Source: Candidatus Melainabacteria bacterium 17Bon1m (GTDB lineage: Bacteria > Cyanobacteriota > Vampirovibrionia > Obscuribacterales > Obscuribacteraceae). Taken from it: a stretch of DNA of 64,000 bases. Both the position numbers and the translations under genes were made by a program. The stretch covers positions 896,001 through 960,000 of the forward strand of contig JAVLKG010000002.1 of assembly GCA_032128875.1 (NCBI GenBank), given 5' to 3'. Below, one piece after another: positions 47,247 to 56,603 of this stretch. The first letter of the stretch is position 1; each line of letters begins with the position of its first letter. The notes beneath the pieces are model-generated. The model was not told the origin of the DNA. It worked only from the letters and a program-made list of their open reading frames with translations, and did no database searches.

Positions 47247-48647
47247 ATGACGAGTAATGACAGAGTCGCCGTCGCGGTTGGAAAGATGGCGGCGCGAACG
47301 ATTCGAATGTTGGGAGCAGGACTGGGTTCTAACCTGCCTGGTAGGGTGGCGAGAAAGCTCGCACCAGATGTTCTCTCGCATCTTGCCGGGCAATCTAAAA
47401 AAGGCGTTATTGCCGTCACTGGAACCAATGGTAAGAGCACCACATCCGGTTTGCTTTCTTCTGTTTTGAAAACTGCCGGTTTTACTTTGATACACAACCG
47501 CCAGGGCGCAAACCTGGTCACTGGCATTACCGCTACTTTGGTAGATGCAGCTTCGTGGGATGGTCACATAAACACAGATTACTGCCTTTTCGAGATTGAC
47601 GAAGCGGCACTGCCTCTGGTGGCTAAAGAAACGACACTGTCGGTGGTGGTGGTGACGAATTTATTTCGTGACCAGCTTGATCGATTCGGTGAATTGGATA
47701 CCACCGCAAAACTCATCGAAAAAGGTATCACCACCTGCAAGTCACCGGCTGTGTTAAATGCCGATGATCCCAATGTCTGCCAGCTCGTGCCCGACAACAC
47801 AAGATTGTTTTTTGGATTGGATGCTGGCTATTGCGAAGTTGACAGTCAAAGGATACAGGATGAAAGCAATCCGGATTGCTCGCAATCAATGGAGTTATCC
47901 TACTGCCTCAAGTGCGGTGCCGAGATAGTCTATGACTGCTTCTTCTATGGTCAGCTGGGTCACTGGCGTTGTTCGTCCTGTGACTATAAGCGCCCCGATC
48001 CGACTATTGTCGCCACTCATATTCAGTTGAATGCGACTGGATCGCGATTTAAATTGACTGACAAACGGCAGAATCTCTCCGTTGATGTGAAGCTGCCTAT
48101 TCCGGGTTTGTTCAATGTTTACAATGCTCTAGCGGCTGCTGCATGCGCGGTGAAATTAGGCGTGACGCTCGAGTCAGTGAAGCAGGGTCTGCAGAATTAT
48201 TCCACTCTATTTGGGCGTTCGGAGAAGATCTCGCTTCTCGGAAAGCCAGTTCTCATTCAGTTAATTAAGAACCCCGCCGGTGCAAGTCAGACAGTAAAAG
48301 CTGTCGTCGAGGACAGCACAGCGCGAGTGCTCATTGCCATCAATGACAATCTTGCCGATGGACGGGACATTTCCTGGCTCTGGGATGCTGATTTCGAGCC
48401 ACTTAGATCTGTGAAAGGAACAGTTATTGTCAGTGGGCTTCGTGCTGATGATATGGCTGTGCGTATGAAATATGCAGGCATCGAGCCGGAGCGAATTGTT
48501 TGTGTTCCGAAGCTGGAGAGAGCTCTCCGGCAAGCCCTAAACGACACTAGTCCAGATGAAACTTTGTGGATTTTGCCAACATATACTTGCCTGCTCGAGT
48601 TACAAAAAATAGTTAAAACCATGGGCCAGTCGCTCGCTGGGACTTAA
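47247..48647 (+). CDS. murT: MurT-type Mur ligase (lipid II isoglutaminyl synthase subunit family)
   Basis: VTGTNGKSTT, GANL, EIDEA, TNLFRDQLDRFGE, CxxC...CxxC, KNPAG, ADGRDISWLWD, LPTYT. Confidence 0.88.
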   Translation: MTSNDRVAVAVGKMAARTIRMLGAGLGSNLPGRVARKLAPDVLSHLAGQSKKGVIAVTGTNGKSTTSGLLSSVLKTAGFTLIHNRQGANLVTGITATLVDAASWDGHINTDYCLFEIDEAALPLVAKETTLSVVVVTNLFRDQLDRFGELDTTAKLIEKGITTCKSPAVLNADDPNVCQLVPDNTRLFFGLDAGYCEVDSQRIQDESNPDCSQSMELSYCLKCGAEIVYDCFFYGQLGHWRCSSCDYKRPDPTIVATHIQLNATGSRFKLTDKRQNLSVDVKLPIPGLFNVYNALAAAACAVKLGVTLESVKQGLQNYSTLFGRSEKISLLGKPVLIQLIKNPAGASQTVKAVVEDSTARVLIAINDNLADGRDISWLWDADFEPLRSVKGTVIVSGLRADDMAVRMKYAGIEPERIVCVPKLERALRQALNDTSPDETLWILPTYTCLLELQKIVKTMGQSLAGT

Positions 48648-48673
48648 TCGATTCAATTTTTAAATTGCCGGCG

Positions 48674-48698
48674 GGAACTGCTGAGCCTAAACTCCGTC
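48674..48698 (+). promoter_or_regulatory. Candidate ECF-sigma promoter GGAAC-N16-CGTC
   Basis: Read directly, 42 nt upstream of the small acidic ORF. Confidence 0.4.
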
Positions 48699-48740
48699 GC
48701 CACGAATGAACGTGACGAATGAGGAGCTAAAGAATCAGTT

Positions 48741-49019
48741 ATGGATAAGAAAAAAGCCGCCAAGGCTCAGAAGAAAACAGATAATCCTGTGTATACCGAG
48801 CAGGATGATTCTGCATTGCTGAATTCGACGGGCACCAACCCGTCTGATGCCGATCCGGCACTGGTTTCAAATCAGGCAGGGACAGAAGGCAAAGCGGACA
48901 GTCATTTGCCCAACGTGCACAAGGATGCAGCAGACAAAATTTCGAAAAAGGACAAGAGTCCTGATGGTGAAACCGAAGAAGTAGACGAAAGAGACGAAGA
49001 CAGACAAGACGACAAGTAA
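48741..49019 (+). CDS. Small hydrophilic acidic protein, probably disordered
   Basis: GAGGAG upstream; D/E/K-rich 92 aa with no hydrophobic core. Confidence 0.65.
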   Translation: MDKKKAAKAQKKTDNPVYTEQDDSALLNSTGTNPSDADPALVSNQAGTEGKADSHLPNVHKDAADKISKKDKSPDGETEEVDERDEDRQDDK

Positions 49020-49060
49020 GCTGTGTCGTTAGAAAACTAGAGACACCACCATTCCCCGGG

Positions 49061-49819
49061 CTAACGCGCGGGGAATGGTTTGTATAGGTCAGAAACATCT
49101 TCATCTTGCAGAGTGCCTGCTTCTTTAAGCAAGACTTCCATCTCCGATTTCACTCTCGTGAAATTCTTCGGTGCTTTGAAGATGTCGGAATCTACCATGG
49201 TCTTACTCACAAATGTTGTGTTCAAGAAGACCTTAGAGCCGTGTTGACTGTCGCCAACGACTCGCAATGGCAAACCCTTGCCGGTCGGAATGTAGCAGCA
49301 GATAGCCGCGGCGTTCATCAAACCCTGCGGTAAGCCGATGTTATCTACGCTGGAGAAATCGTAGAGAAGCCGTTGCTCTTTTGGATTTTTCGGGTTGTAT
49401 GCGTACCAGTGCCAGTTTCTTGCTTTCAAACCTGAAAATGTTTGGAATGCCGGTTTGGCTGGTTCCATTTTTTCAATGTAGCCTACAGGGCGTGTTTTCG
49501 GCGGACTTCGCCTTTGAAATTCTTGGAGCGATTCGTCGAATATGTATTTCGTTCTCTCATTCCAAAAAGTTATTCGCCACTTTGGCGGCGTCATCGTGAC
49601 TCTGATGGTCCCCATCTCCATTTTGAGACCGTCCGGAGAAACAATTGTTTTGACGATGCCGTAAGTCTGACTATTCTGACGAATGAGCCAACCTGGCTTT
49701 TTGGCAAAAACTGGCTGTGTGAGCGCAGATAGCGACATCAAAAAGGAAACTAGAACAGCCACCCGGCAAGATAGAATCACTGCGTCCATCTGCTGATAAT
49801 GTCCCTTGTGTTGCCTCAT
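49061..49819 (-). CDS. Hypothetical exported protein (DUF4412/LolA-like beta fold suspected)
   Basis: Signal peptide ending VFA; GLPLRV and IFKAPKNFTRV patterns. Start uncertain. Confidence 0.6.
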   Translation of the reverse strand: MRQHKGHYQQMDAVILSCRVAVLVSFLMSLSALTQPVFAKKPGWLIRQNSQTYGIVKTIVSPDGLKMEMGTIRVTMTPPKWRITFWNERTKYIFDESLQEFQRRSPPKTRPVGYIEKMEPAKPAFQTFSGLKARNWHWYAYNPKNPKEQRLLYDFSSVDNIGLPQGLMNAAAICCYIPTGKGLPLRVVGDSQHGSKVFLNTTFVSKTMVDSDIFKAPKNFTRVKSEMEVLLKEAGTLQDEDVSDLYKPFPAR

Positions 49820-49937
49820 TGTTGAGTCATACCCATATCATCAGGTTCTCCAATTCCATTCTCCTAATATTTATTTTGATCAAAAGTGCCTGATGAGGGT
49901 AGATAGGACTATACGAGTACTTGGCGATAGTAGTGCC

Positions 49938-52049
49938 ATGCTGGAAGAAAGTGCCGAGCAATTTAAGAAGCCAGAAGTCGTGGTTGATAAAACCAAGATT
50001 GATCTGTCGCATGCAACATTTGAAGAAATCTCGGCTTTAGAGCGCAGTAAAACTGGGCTTTCTGGCGAGGAAGAACTAAACGAACGCCCCATCATTTTCG
50101 ATAACTGCTGGTTGATTACCGAAAGGTTAGGAGAAGGTGGCATGAGCGTCGTGTATAAAGCGCGTCACTTAGACCTTAACCGATTTGTCGCGATAAAAGT
50201 CCTGCTGCCGCATTTGACTACGAATACGAAAAATTTGCAGCGCTTCAAGCAGGAAGCTGTCACTGCCAGTGCACTCAGCCATCCCAACTTGATTCGAGTT
50301 GAAAATTTCGGTGTTACGCCAGAAGGGCGTACTTTCATCATCATGGACTTCGTCGACGGTATGAGTCTGGCGGATGTAATTGCCAAAGAGGGAAAACTCG
50401 ATCCTGTTCGCGCTGTTTTCATTTTTGTTCAGGCTGCAAACGCGCTTCAGCATGCCCATGAGCGCAATGTGATTCACCGTGATTTGAAGCCCAGCAACAT
50501 CATGTTGATCAATAACGGTGAGGAAGGTGAAGCTGTAAAAATAGTTGACTTCGGAATTGCAAAGCTGGTCTTGGATGACGAAGACCAAATGCAACATCTG
50601 ACACAGACAGGCGAGGTCTTCGGAAGTCCGCTCTACATGAGCCCGGAGCAATGCCGAGGTGAAAAACTCGATATGCGCTCCGATATTTATTCAATGGGTG
50701 TTCTTATGTATGAAGCCTTGACCGGTCATCCTCCGGTGCGCGGTGCCAATGCATTTGAAACCATGCAGAAGCAATTGAATGAAAACCCGGAGCCTATTGT
50801 TGACCACAAAGCACCCGACAGTTTGTTAAAACGTCTGAACGCGGTCGTTATGCGAGCTTTGGAAAAAGATTCTGCAGCACGCTATCAGTCGATGGAAGAG
50901 TTGGAAAAGGATTTGAATAACGCCCTTGTCAGCGCTGAAAAAGAATGGAAGGATCGAGCCAAGGCTCTTAAAAAGCAATACAAAAAAGTCAGCGCAAAAG
51001 AAAAGAAAACACGTAAGGTCATAGCATTTAGCGTCTTAGGCGTCCTTGCGTCCGTCGCGGTTTTCATAGGCGTGCGGGAGTTTATGTATGACCCGGTGTC
51101 GGCAATGGTGCCCGAGCAAGATTCGCTTTTTGCCAAGCAGTTTAAACCCAAGGCAAAAGCGCAAGGCATCAATTACTCAAAACTTACTGAGCAGCTAGAC
51201 GTAGTTGTAATGCGCGATGAGAAGATCTGGAACGAGATCAAATCTCGTTGGAGTCGAGGCGATAAGCGTGCGGAAGACTACGATATCGTCACCAACGATT
51301 TGATTCCCGGAAGATTGGCTGCTATGCGAACCTTTCAGGAGGATAGAAACTATATCGCTGCCGCGCGGCTTGGCCGTTGGGTTTTGGAGATGTATGAAAT
51401 GGTTTCTGATGTCAACTCGTCGGAATATGTAAGCATCTTCAAACTTCAAGGCGAAAATTATTTGGCTATGGGTGAATTGGCCGAGTCTTACAGGAATTAT
51501 GAGAAGGCTTATGCGACTGCTGACAGAACCTTGAGCTCTTATGGAAAGCTTGAGGCGTTAAGTGATTTGCTTTACATGATGATGGAAATCAACGTTCACG
51601 AGCGGCATTACAGAGCGGCAATTCTGCAGGCGCAGAAATTGAATCTTTTCTACAAGGAAATGGCAAAGTACGAAGATCCGGTCGCGATAAGAGAAGTTCT
51701 GGCCCTGGATTCTAAGGTTGCCGAAATGGAAAGGCTGAGCGGAAGCCCGAGTGTAATCGACGACTACAAAATTGTGATTGGCAATTGGAAATCGTTTATC
51801 GCGGCGAGTCGCGGTGACAATCAACTGCTTTTCGAGGATTTCCTCGCTAAGTCGCGTTACGGCCTCGGACTTGCACAAGCTCATGCCAAACAATACGACG
51901 ATGCGACCAAAAATCTTGCCGCTGCCTATGAGTTTTTCGCCAAACAAGGCAAAGACCCGGCATTAACAGAGCGTGCCAAAATAAACTATTTGGCTCTTTT
52001 GAGGAAAACCAACCCCGTAGCCTATGCATTGCGAAGTTTTGGCGGTTAA
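49938..52049 (+). CDS. Receptor-like Ser/Thr kinase: kinase, TM, TPR-like domain
   Basis: GEGGMSVVY, VAIK, HRDLKPSN, DFG, GSPLYMSPEQ, TM helix. Start set at ATG 49938. Confidence 0.9.
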   Translation: MLEESAEQFKKPEVVVDKTKIDLSHATFEEISALERSKTGLSGEEELNERPIIFDNCWLITERLGEGGMSVVYKARHLDLNRFVAIKVLLPHLTTNTKNLQRFKQEAVTASALSHPNLIRVENFGVTPEGRTFIIMDFVDGMSLADVIAKEGKLDPVRAVFIFVQAANALQHAHERNVIHRDLKPSNIMLINNGEEGEAVKIVDFGIAKLVLDDEDQMQHLTQTGEVFGSPLYMSPEQCRGEKLDMRSDIYSMGVLMYEALTGHPPVRGANAFETMQKQLNENPEPIVDHKAPDSLLKRLNAVVMRALEKDSAARYQSMEELEKDLNNALVSAEKEWKDRAKALKKQYKKVSAKEKKTRKVIAFSVLGVLASVAVFIGVREFMYDPVSAMVPEQDSLFAKQFKPKAKAQGINYSKLTEQLDVVVMRDEKIWNEIKSRWSRGDKRAEDYDIVTNDLIPGRLAAMRTFQEDRNYIAAARLGRWVLEMYEMVSDVNSSEYVSIFKLQGENYLAMGELAESYRNYEKAYATADRTLSSYGKLEALSDLLYMMMEINVHERHYRAAILQAQKLNLFYKEMAKYEDPVAIREVLALDSKVAEMERLSGSPSVIDDYKIVIGNWKSFIAASRGDNQLLFEDFLAKSRYGLGLAQAHAKQYDDATKNLAAAYEFFAKQGKDPALTERAKINYLALLRKTNPVAYALRSFGG

Positions 52050-52208
52050 TCCCTTGCTAATTGCATACAACAAGATTGATTAACTGATCAAGTGGAATAC
52101 TATGTATTAATGGAGCTCTGGCGGCTAAAACTGCTGCAGCGACTGATAATGGCGTTCTGAAGGCATTTTCGGCTGGCTCAGAGCGAACCCCGTCCCTTCC
52201 CCGTTACT

Positions 52209-54473
52209 GTGAGCGACAATTCAGACCCTATCTTTGAAGAAGAGGAGCTGACGCTTCATGATGAAGCGGCGGTCGCGAGCGAGCGCGCCAAGAAAGAAGA
52301 ATCAAAGAAAGAAGCCGCCAAAGAAGCCGCGGTCAAAGAAGCGGTGAAGGAAGCGCCCAAAAAGGACAATGGCGCTGATACCGAGCGATTTGGAAAACCC
52401 AAAGACAAGCCGGAAAGCAGTAACAAGAACATTCTTCAGTCCACTTCTGACCTTTCCTCGTCAGCTTCTTCGCGCTCTGACAGCAAGAAGCAGAGCAGCA
52501 CTACTCCTGCCTCAGGCGACTCTGGCAAAGACGAAACCTCGCTTTTCGGCAATGTCGATCCTATGGTCGGCAAGCGCATCGCCGATCGCTGGGAAATTAT
52601 GGAATTGCTCGGCGAGGGCAGTATGAGCATGGTTTATAAGGCTACTGAGGTTGAGACCGGTAAAGTTGTCGTGCTCAAATGCCTGCACTCTCACCTATTG
52701 GCAAAACTGCCCAACGTCAAGCGTTTTGAGCAGAAAGCCAAGGCCAATGCCAATCTCCGGCATCCACATATTTCGAATTTCCACGATTTTCACTTGGGTT
52801 CGGACGGGCAAGTCTATTTGATTTGCGATTTCATCAACGGTCAGAGCCTTGAAGAATTGTTGTCCAAAAGCGGTCACCTTGCCGTAGACCGTGCGATCGC
52901 GCTTTTCCTGCAGGCGATTGAAGCGCTGGAGTACGCGCACCAGGAGAAGGTTCTCCACCGCGATTTGAAGCCCAGCAATATCGTCGTTCAGAAAGAAGCG
53001 GGCGGAAAAGAACTTGCGCGCGTGGTCGACTTTGGCATTGCAAAGTTGCTTACGGACGAAACGGATGACGTCAAATCTAATCAATACATTACACACACAA
53101 GAGAGGTCTTTGGAAGTCCGCTCTACATGAGCCCTGAGCAATGTATGGGTAGAAAGTTGGATCCCCGATCCGACATCTATTCGCTGGGCTGCGTCATGTA
53201 CGAAACAATCAGCGGAAAGCCGCCATTTGTAGGCAAGAACGTTCTTGAAACGGCCTACAAACATATGAACGAAGCGCCGCGCCCTCTTGTTAGCGATTCG
53301 GCTGAAGACCGAACTTTGTCTCGCTTTGAGCTGGTTGTGCTGAAGATGTTGGCGAAAGATGCCGACAACAGATATCAGAACGTATCAGATATAAAGCATG
53401 ATCTCGAGCTTATCCATACTGCTTCCGATGACGAGTGGCAAGAGCAAGCCGTAGCACTGAAAAAGGTCACCAAGGCAAAACGACTTGAAACAAAACGGCT
53501 GCCCGTTTCTTTCGAGATGATGGTCATTTTGACTACGTCTGTTTTGCTCATTGTTGTCGTTGCTGTTTGGTCACTGTCATTCTTGAGCCCGGAAAATCAA
53601 GATTATCCTTCGTTCAACGACGATCAGCTCTGGGTTATTAATGACAAAAAACACAATCCTTCGGCGGTTCAAGACTTCGGCAATCGCGAAGAAGCTGCTC
53701 GCATGAATCTTGCTACCGTTGAGCGAGAACGCGGTCCGGATTGCCGCGAATATGCTGATGCACTCTTCAACTTGGTAGAACTATACGACAAGGCGGAACA
53801 CTGGGCTGATGCAGCGCTCAATACTACGCGCTTGATTGAAACCACCAAGAAGGTCGGCGGTCCAATGTCGCAAGGCACTTGCTACAAGCGGCTGGCGTAC
53901 TATTATTTTATGCAAGATGAGTTTGACGAGGCGATCGCAAATGCCAATACTTCGCTCGACTTGTTGGAGAAAGAATTCGGACCTGTATCTCCTTCAATGA
54001 TGCTTTCCATGCAAGTTTTGGGCGACATCTACACAAGGAAGAAAGATCTCGACAATGCGCAGCGCATCTATGAGCGCATGCTGGCGATTACTGACAGCAT
54101 GAAGGATAGAAGTCCGCTCGATTTTGCAAAATCATCGGCGAAATTGGCTGATGTATACCGGCGTCAGGGCAAGCTAGAGCTTGCGGAAAACCACTATCGG
54201 CAAGGCTTGGAGTGGGTGCAAAACACTATCGGAAAAGAAAACGCCTTTGTTCCGAAAACTATGTATGGACTCGGATTGACTCTGATGGCAGAGAAGAAGT
54301 ACAAGGAAGCCGAGCAAATGTTCAAAGACGCCCTTCCACTTGCAAAAGCATCTTTGGGTGAGCGAACTGCGCTTGTAGGCGCCATTCGCAAGCACTATTC
54401 AGATGTTCTGTGGAAGACCAACTGGGTAGCGGCGGCGATGATGAAGATCGGTTCTTCAGACACAATGAAGTGA
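52209..54473 (+). CDS. Receptor-like Ser/Thr kinase: kinase, TM, TPR repeats
   Basis: GEGSMSMVY, VVLK, HRDLKPSN, DFG, GSPLYMSPEQ, TM helix, kinesin-light-chain-like TPRs. Confidence 0.9.
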   Translation: MSDNSDPIFEEEELTLHDEAAVASERAKKEESKKEAAKEAAVKEAVKEAPKKDNGADTERFGKPKDKPESSNKNILQSTSDLSSSASSRSDSKKQSSTTPASGDSGKDETSLFGNVDPMVGKRIADRWEIMELLGEGSMSMVYKATEVETGKVVVLKCLHSHLLAKLPNVKRFEQKAKANANLRHPHISNFHDFHLGSDGQVYLICDFINGQSLEELLSKSGHLAVDRAIALFLQAIEALEYAHQEKVLHRDLKPSNIVVQKEAGGKELARVVDFGIAKLLTDETDDVKSNQYITHTREVFGSPLYMSPEQCMGRKLDPRSDIYSLGCVMYETISGKPPFVGKNVLETAYKHMNEAPRPLVSDSAEDRTLSRFELVVLKMLAKDADNRYQNVSDIKHDLELIHTASDDEWQEQAVALKKVTKAKRLETKRLPVSFEMMVILTTSVLLIVVVAVWSLSFLSPENQDYPSFNDDQLWVINDKKHNPSAVQDFGNREEAARMNLATVERERGPDCREYADALFNLVELYDKAEHWADAALNTTRLIETTKKVGGPMSQGTCYKRLAYYYFMQDEFDEAIANANTSLDLLEKEFGPVSPSMMLSMQVLGDIYTRKKDLDNAQRIYERMLAITDSMKDRSPLDFAKSSAKLADVYRRQGKLELAENHYRQGLEWVQNTIGKENAFVPKTMYGLGLTLMAEKKYKEAEQMFKDALPLAKASLGERTALVGAIRKHYSDVLWKTNWVAAAMMKIGSSDTMK

Positions 54474-54510
54474 GCGTCTGAAGAGTCTTTCTTTGTAGAC
54501 CAGCTAAGTC

Positions 54511-55554
54511 TTACTGAGTTTTGCTCAGTTTGTTGATGCCTTCTTGAGCGATCTTGGAGTTCGGATTGATCTCCAGAGCTTTCTTGTACTCAGTCATCGC
54601 ATCGGCTTTCTTTCCTTGTTTTTCAAGGAATTGAGCGTACTCGACGCGTGCGGTTACATCTTTTGGCGACCATTTGAGTGCTTCGAGAAACTCTTTGGTA
54701 GCTTCAGCATTGTTGCCGGTGTCAGCCAGTGACTGGGCTAGTCTTCTGTGCGCCGGAGCAAAGTTGGGTTGATACTTCAAGGCTTTTCTCTGTTCTGCTT
54801 GTGCACCCTTTTGATCACCTTGCTTGGCGAGCATCCAACCTAATCCGCTATGAGCATTCGGATGGTTTGGAGCAATTCTAATGGCGTCGCGGAATGAATC
54901 AATTGCGCGTTCAGGATTGCCGGATTCGCCGTAGATATTGCCCAAATTGACGTGAGCTTCTACACACTGTCCATCCAGTCTGAGGGCTTCTTCTTCTGCC
55001 TTGATTCCATCCTGGAATTTGTTTTGCTGCGCCATCAATACGCCCATATTGATGTGCGGTCTCGGGTCTTTCGAATCGATTTCGGCCGCTTTTTTGTAAG
55101 TTGCGATTGCATCGTCGAGCTTGCCGTTTTGCGCGTAAGCAAAACCAAGGTCAAGGGTAGCTCTCAAGCTTGTCGGCTTGAGTGCTACAGCAGTTTTGAA
55201 TTCTTCAAGAGCCTGATCCATTTTTCCTTGGTTGGCGTATAGCTGACCGAGAATAATGTGCGAGAGAAAGTATTTTGGATCGAGTTTGATCGACTGTTTT
55301 GTTTCCAAAATCGCCGTATCTTCTTCGCCCATAGCACCGAGAACCGCTCCCAGTCTTTGGTGCGCTCTGGCGTTGTCCGGTTCTTTGCGAACAATATCCC
55401 TGAATGCTGCTTCCGCTTCTTTCAGCTTCAGCTTCTTGTAGAGAAGGTCGGCTTTGTTGAAATCAGCGCTTTGTCCATCTTCTGCCAGTGCTGGAATGGC
55501 GATGGAAGCGGCGGCGATGACGGAAATTAGAGTCATCAATTTGCGGGGCGTCAT
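54511..55554 (-). CDS. Exported TPR repeat protein
   Basis: Signal peptide ending ALA; about nine 34-aa TPRs. Confidence 0.88.
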   Translation of the reverse strand: MTPRKLMTLISVIAAASIAIPALAEDGQSADFNKADLLYKKLKLKEAEAAFRDIVRKEPDNARAHQRLGAVLGAMGEEDTAILETKQSIKLDPKYFLSHIILGQLYANQGKMDQALEEFKTAVALKPTSLRATLDLGFAYAQNGKLDDAIATYKKAAEIDSKDPRPHINMGVLMAQQNKFQDGIKAEEEALRLDGQCVEAHVNLGNIYGESGNPERAIDSFRDAIRIAPNHPNAHSGLGWMLAKQGDQKGAQAEQRKALKYQPNFAPAHRRLAQSLADTGNNAEATKEFLEALKWSPKDVTARVEYAQFLEKQGKKADAMTEYKKALEINPNSKIAQEGINKLSKTQ

Positions 55555-55600
55555 TTAGGTTTCTACCTCTCGGTTCGATAGGGAATGATATTCGGAATTC

Positions 55601-56281
55601 CTAATAGTTCGCAGGAACGGCTGCAGAGCCTTTCACTATTGCTACGCCGGCTGAAGTTCCCAGCCTTGTGGCGCCGGCATCAACTAATGCTTTTGCTTTT
55701 TCAAAATCGCGAATTCCAGCGGAAGCTTTGATACCCAGCGTGGATCCTTCAATCGATTCCTTGATTAGTTTGATATCTTCTACGGTGGCACCTTTTCCGT
55801 CTTTGACGAAACCGGTCGATGTCTTGACCATGCCTGCGCCGGCTCTCACACATGCTTTCGACGCTGCAATTTTTTCTTCGTCAGTAAGCAAATCGCATTC
55901 GATGATTACCTTGACCATATGTCCTTTCGACACTTTGACGATTGATGCAATCTCAGAAGTCACATAGTCGATGTGTCCATTCTTGAGTGCCGAAATGTTG
56001 ATGACCATGTCGATTTCTTCAGCGCCTTCAGCAATCGCTCGTTGTGTTTCGGCGATTTTTACGTCGGTGAGATTTGCTCCCAGTGGAAAACCAATTACCG
56101 TTGCGACCGCGACATTGCTGGATGCCAATTCTTTTACTGCCTGTTTTACGAAGTAAGGATTGACGCAGACGGCAAAGAATTTGTTCTCCTTCGCCTCTTC
56201 GCACAGCTTGGTTATTTCACTTTCAGTGGCAGCCGGGTTGAGTAGGGTGTGGTCGATGTATTGTGCAAATTCGGCGTTCAC
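55601..56281 (-). CDS. deoC: Deoxyribose-phosphate aldolase
   Basis: IDHTLL, VCVNP, GFPLGA, EIDMV, VKTSTGF, IKASAGIR, RLGTS. Confidence 0.96.
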   Translation of the reverse strand: MNAEFAQYIDHTLLNPAATESEITKLCEEAKENKFFAVCVNPYFVKQAVKELASSNVAVATVIGFPLGANLTDVKIAETQRAIAEGAEEIDMVINISALKNGHIDYVTSEIASIVKVSKGHMVKVIIECDLLTDEEKIAASKACVRAGAGMVKTSTGFVKDGKGATVEDIKLIKESIEGSTLGIKASAGIRDFEKAKALVDAGATRLGTSAGVAIVKGSAAVPANY

Positions 56282-56435
56282 AGCTCGTATCTCCGCGAAG
56301 GGCGCTCATCTAAACTTTGAGACAAGCTGGAATTATATCCGAATGCAGTCAAACAGCCATTATTGCTATGCAATCTCCGGTTATGAATGAATACATGCTG
56401 TACTGGCGAGTGTCTTGGAGAGATGCGGCAATAAT

Positions 56436-56465
56436 TTGACAAGCCGTATATATGTATGGTATATT
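56436..56465 (+). promoter_or_regulatory. Strong sigma70-type promoter TTGACA-N18-TATATT with extended -10 TG
   Basis: Consensus -35 at 56436-56441, TG at 56457-56458, -10 at 56460-56465. Points opposite to both flanking minus-strand genes. Confidence 0.6.
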
Positions 56466-56475
56466 GCTCAAATAC

Positions 56476-56547
56476 ATGGCACACAAGAACGCCAACATCA
56501 TCGAAATTGCATACATGTACTTTGGTTCCCAGTGGGTGCCTTTGTAA
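56476..56547 (+). other. Candidate 23-aa small ORF (MAHKNANIIEIAYMYFGSQWVPL) or ~100-nt sRNA
   Basis: ATG 10 nt after the -10 box; the TAA stop overlaps the start of a GC hairpin. Confidence 0.45.
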
Positions 56548-56569
56548 GGGCGGGCAAGAGCCCGCCCTT
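56546..56569. terminator. GC-rich hairpin AAGGGCGGGC-AAGA-GCCCGCCCTT, possibly bidirectional
   Basis: Perfect 10-bp stem, 34 nt past the carB stop and directly after the small ORF. Confidence 0.7.
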
Positions 56570-56603
56570 GCTCAGAGCGCCCCGGACGTGCTGGCCGTAT
56601 TAG

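Noticed and set aside
52059-52108. AATTGCATACA shared with 56505-56515, plus TTGAT-N6-ATCAA and AATAC-TAT-GTATT palindromes
   Set aside because: An 11-mer match between AT-rich spacers is expected by chance; the FNR consensus needs N4.
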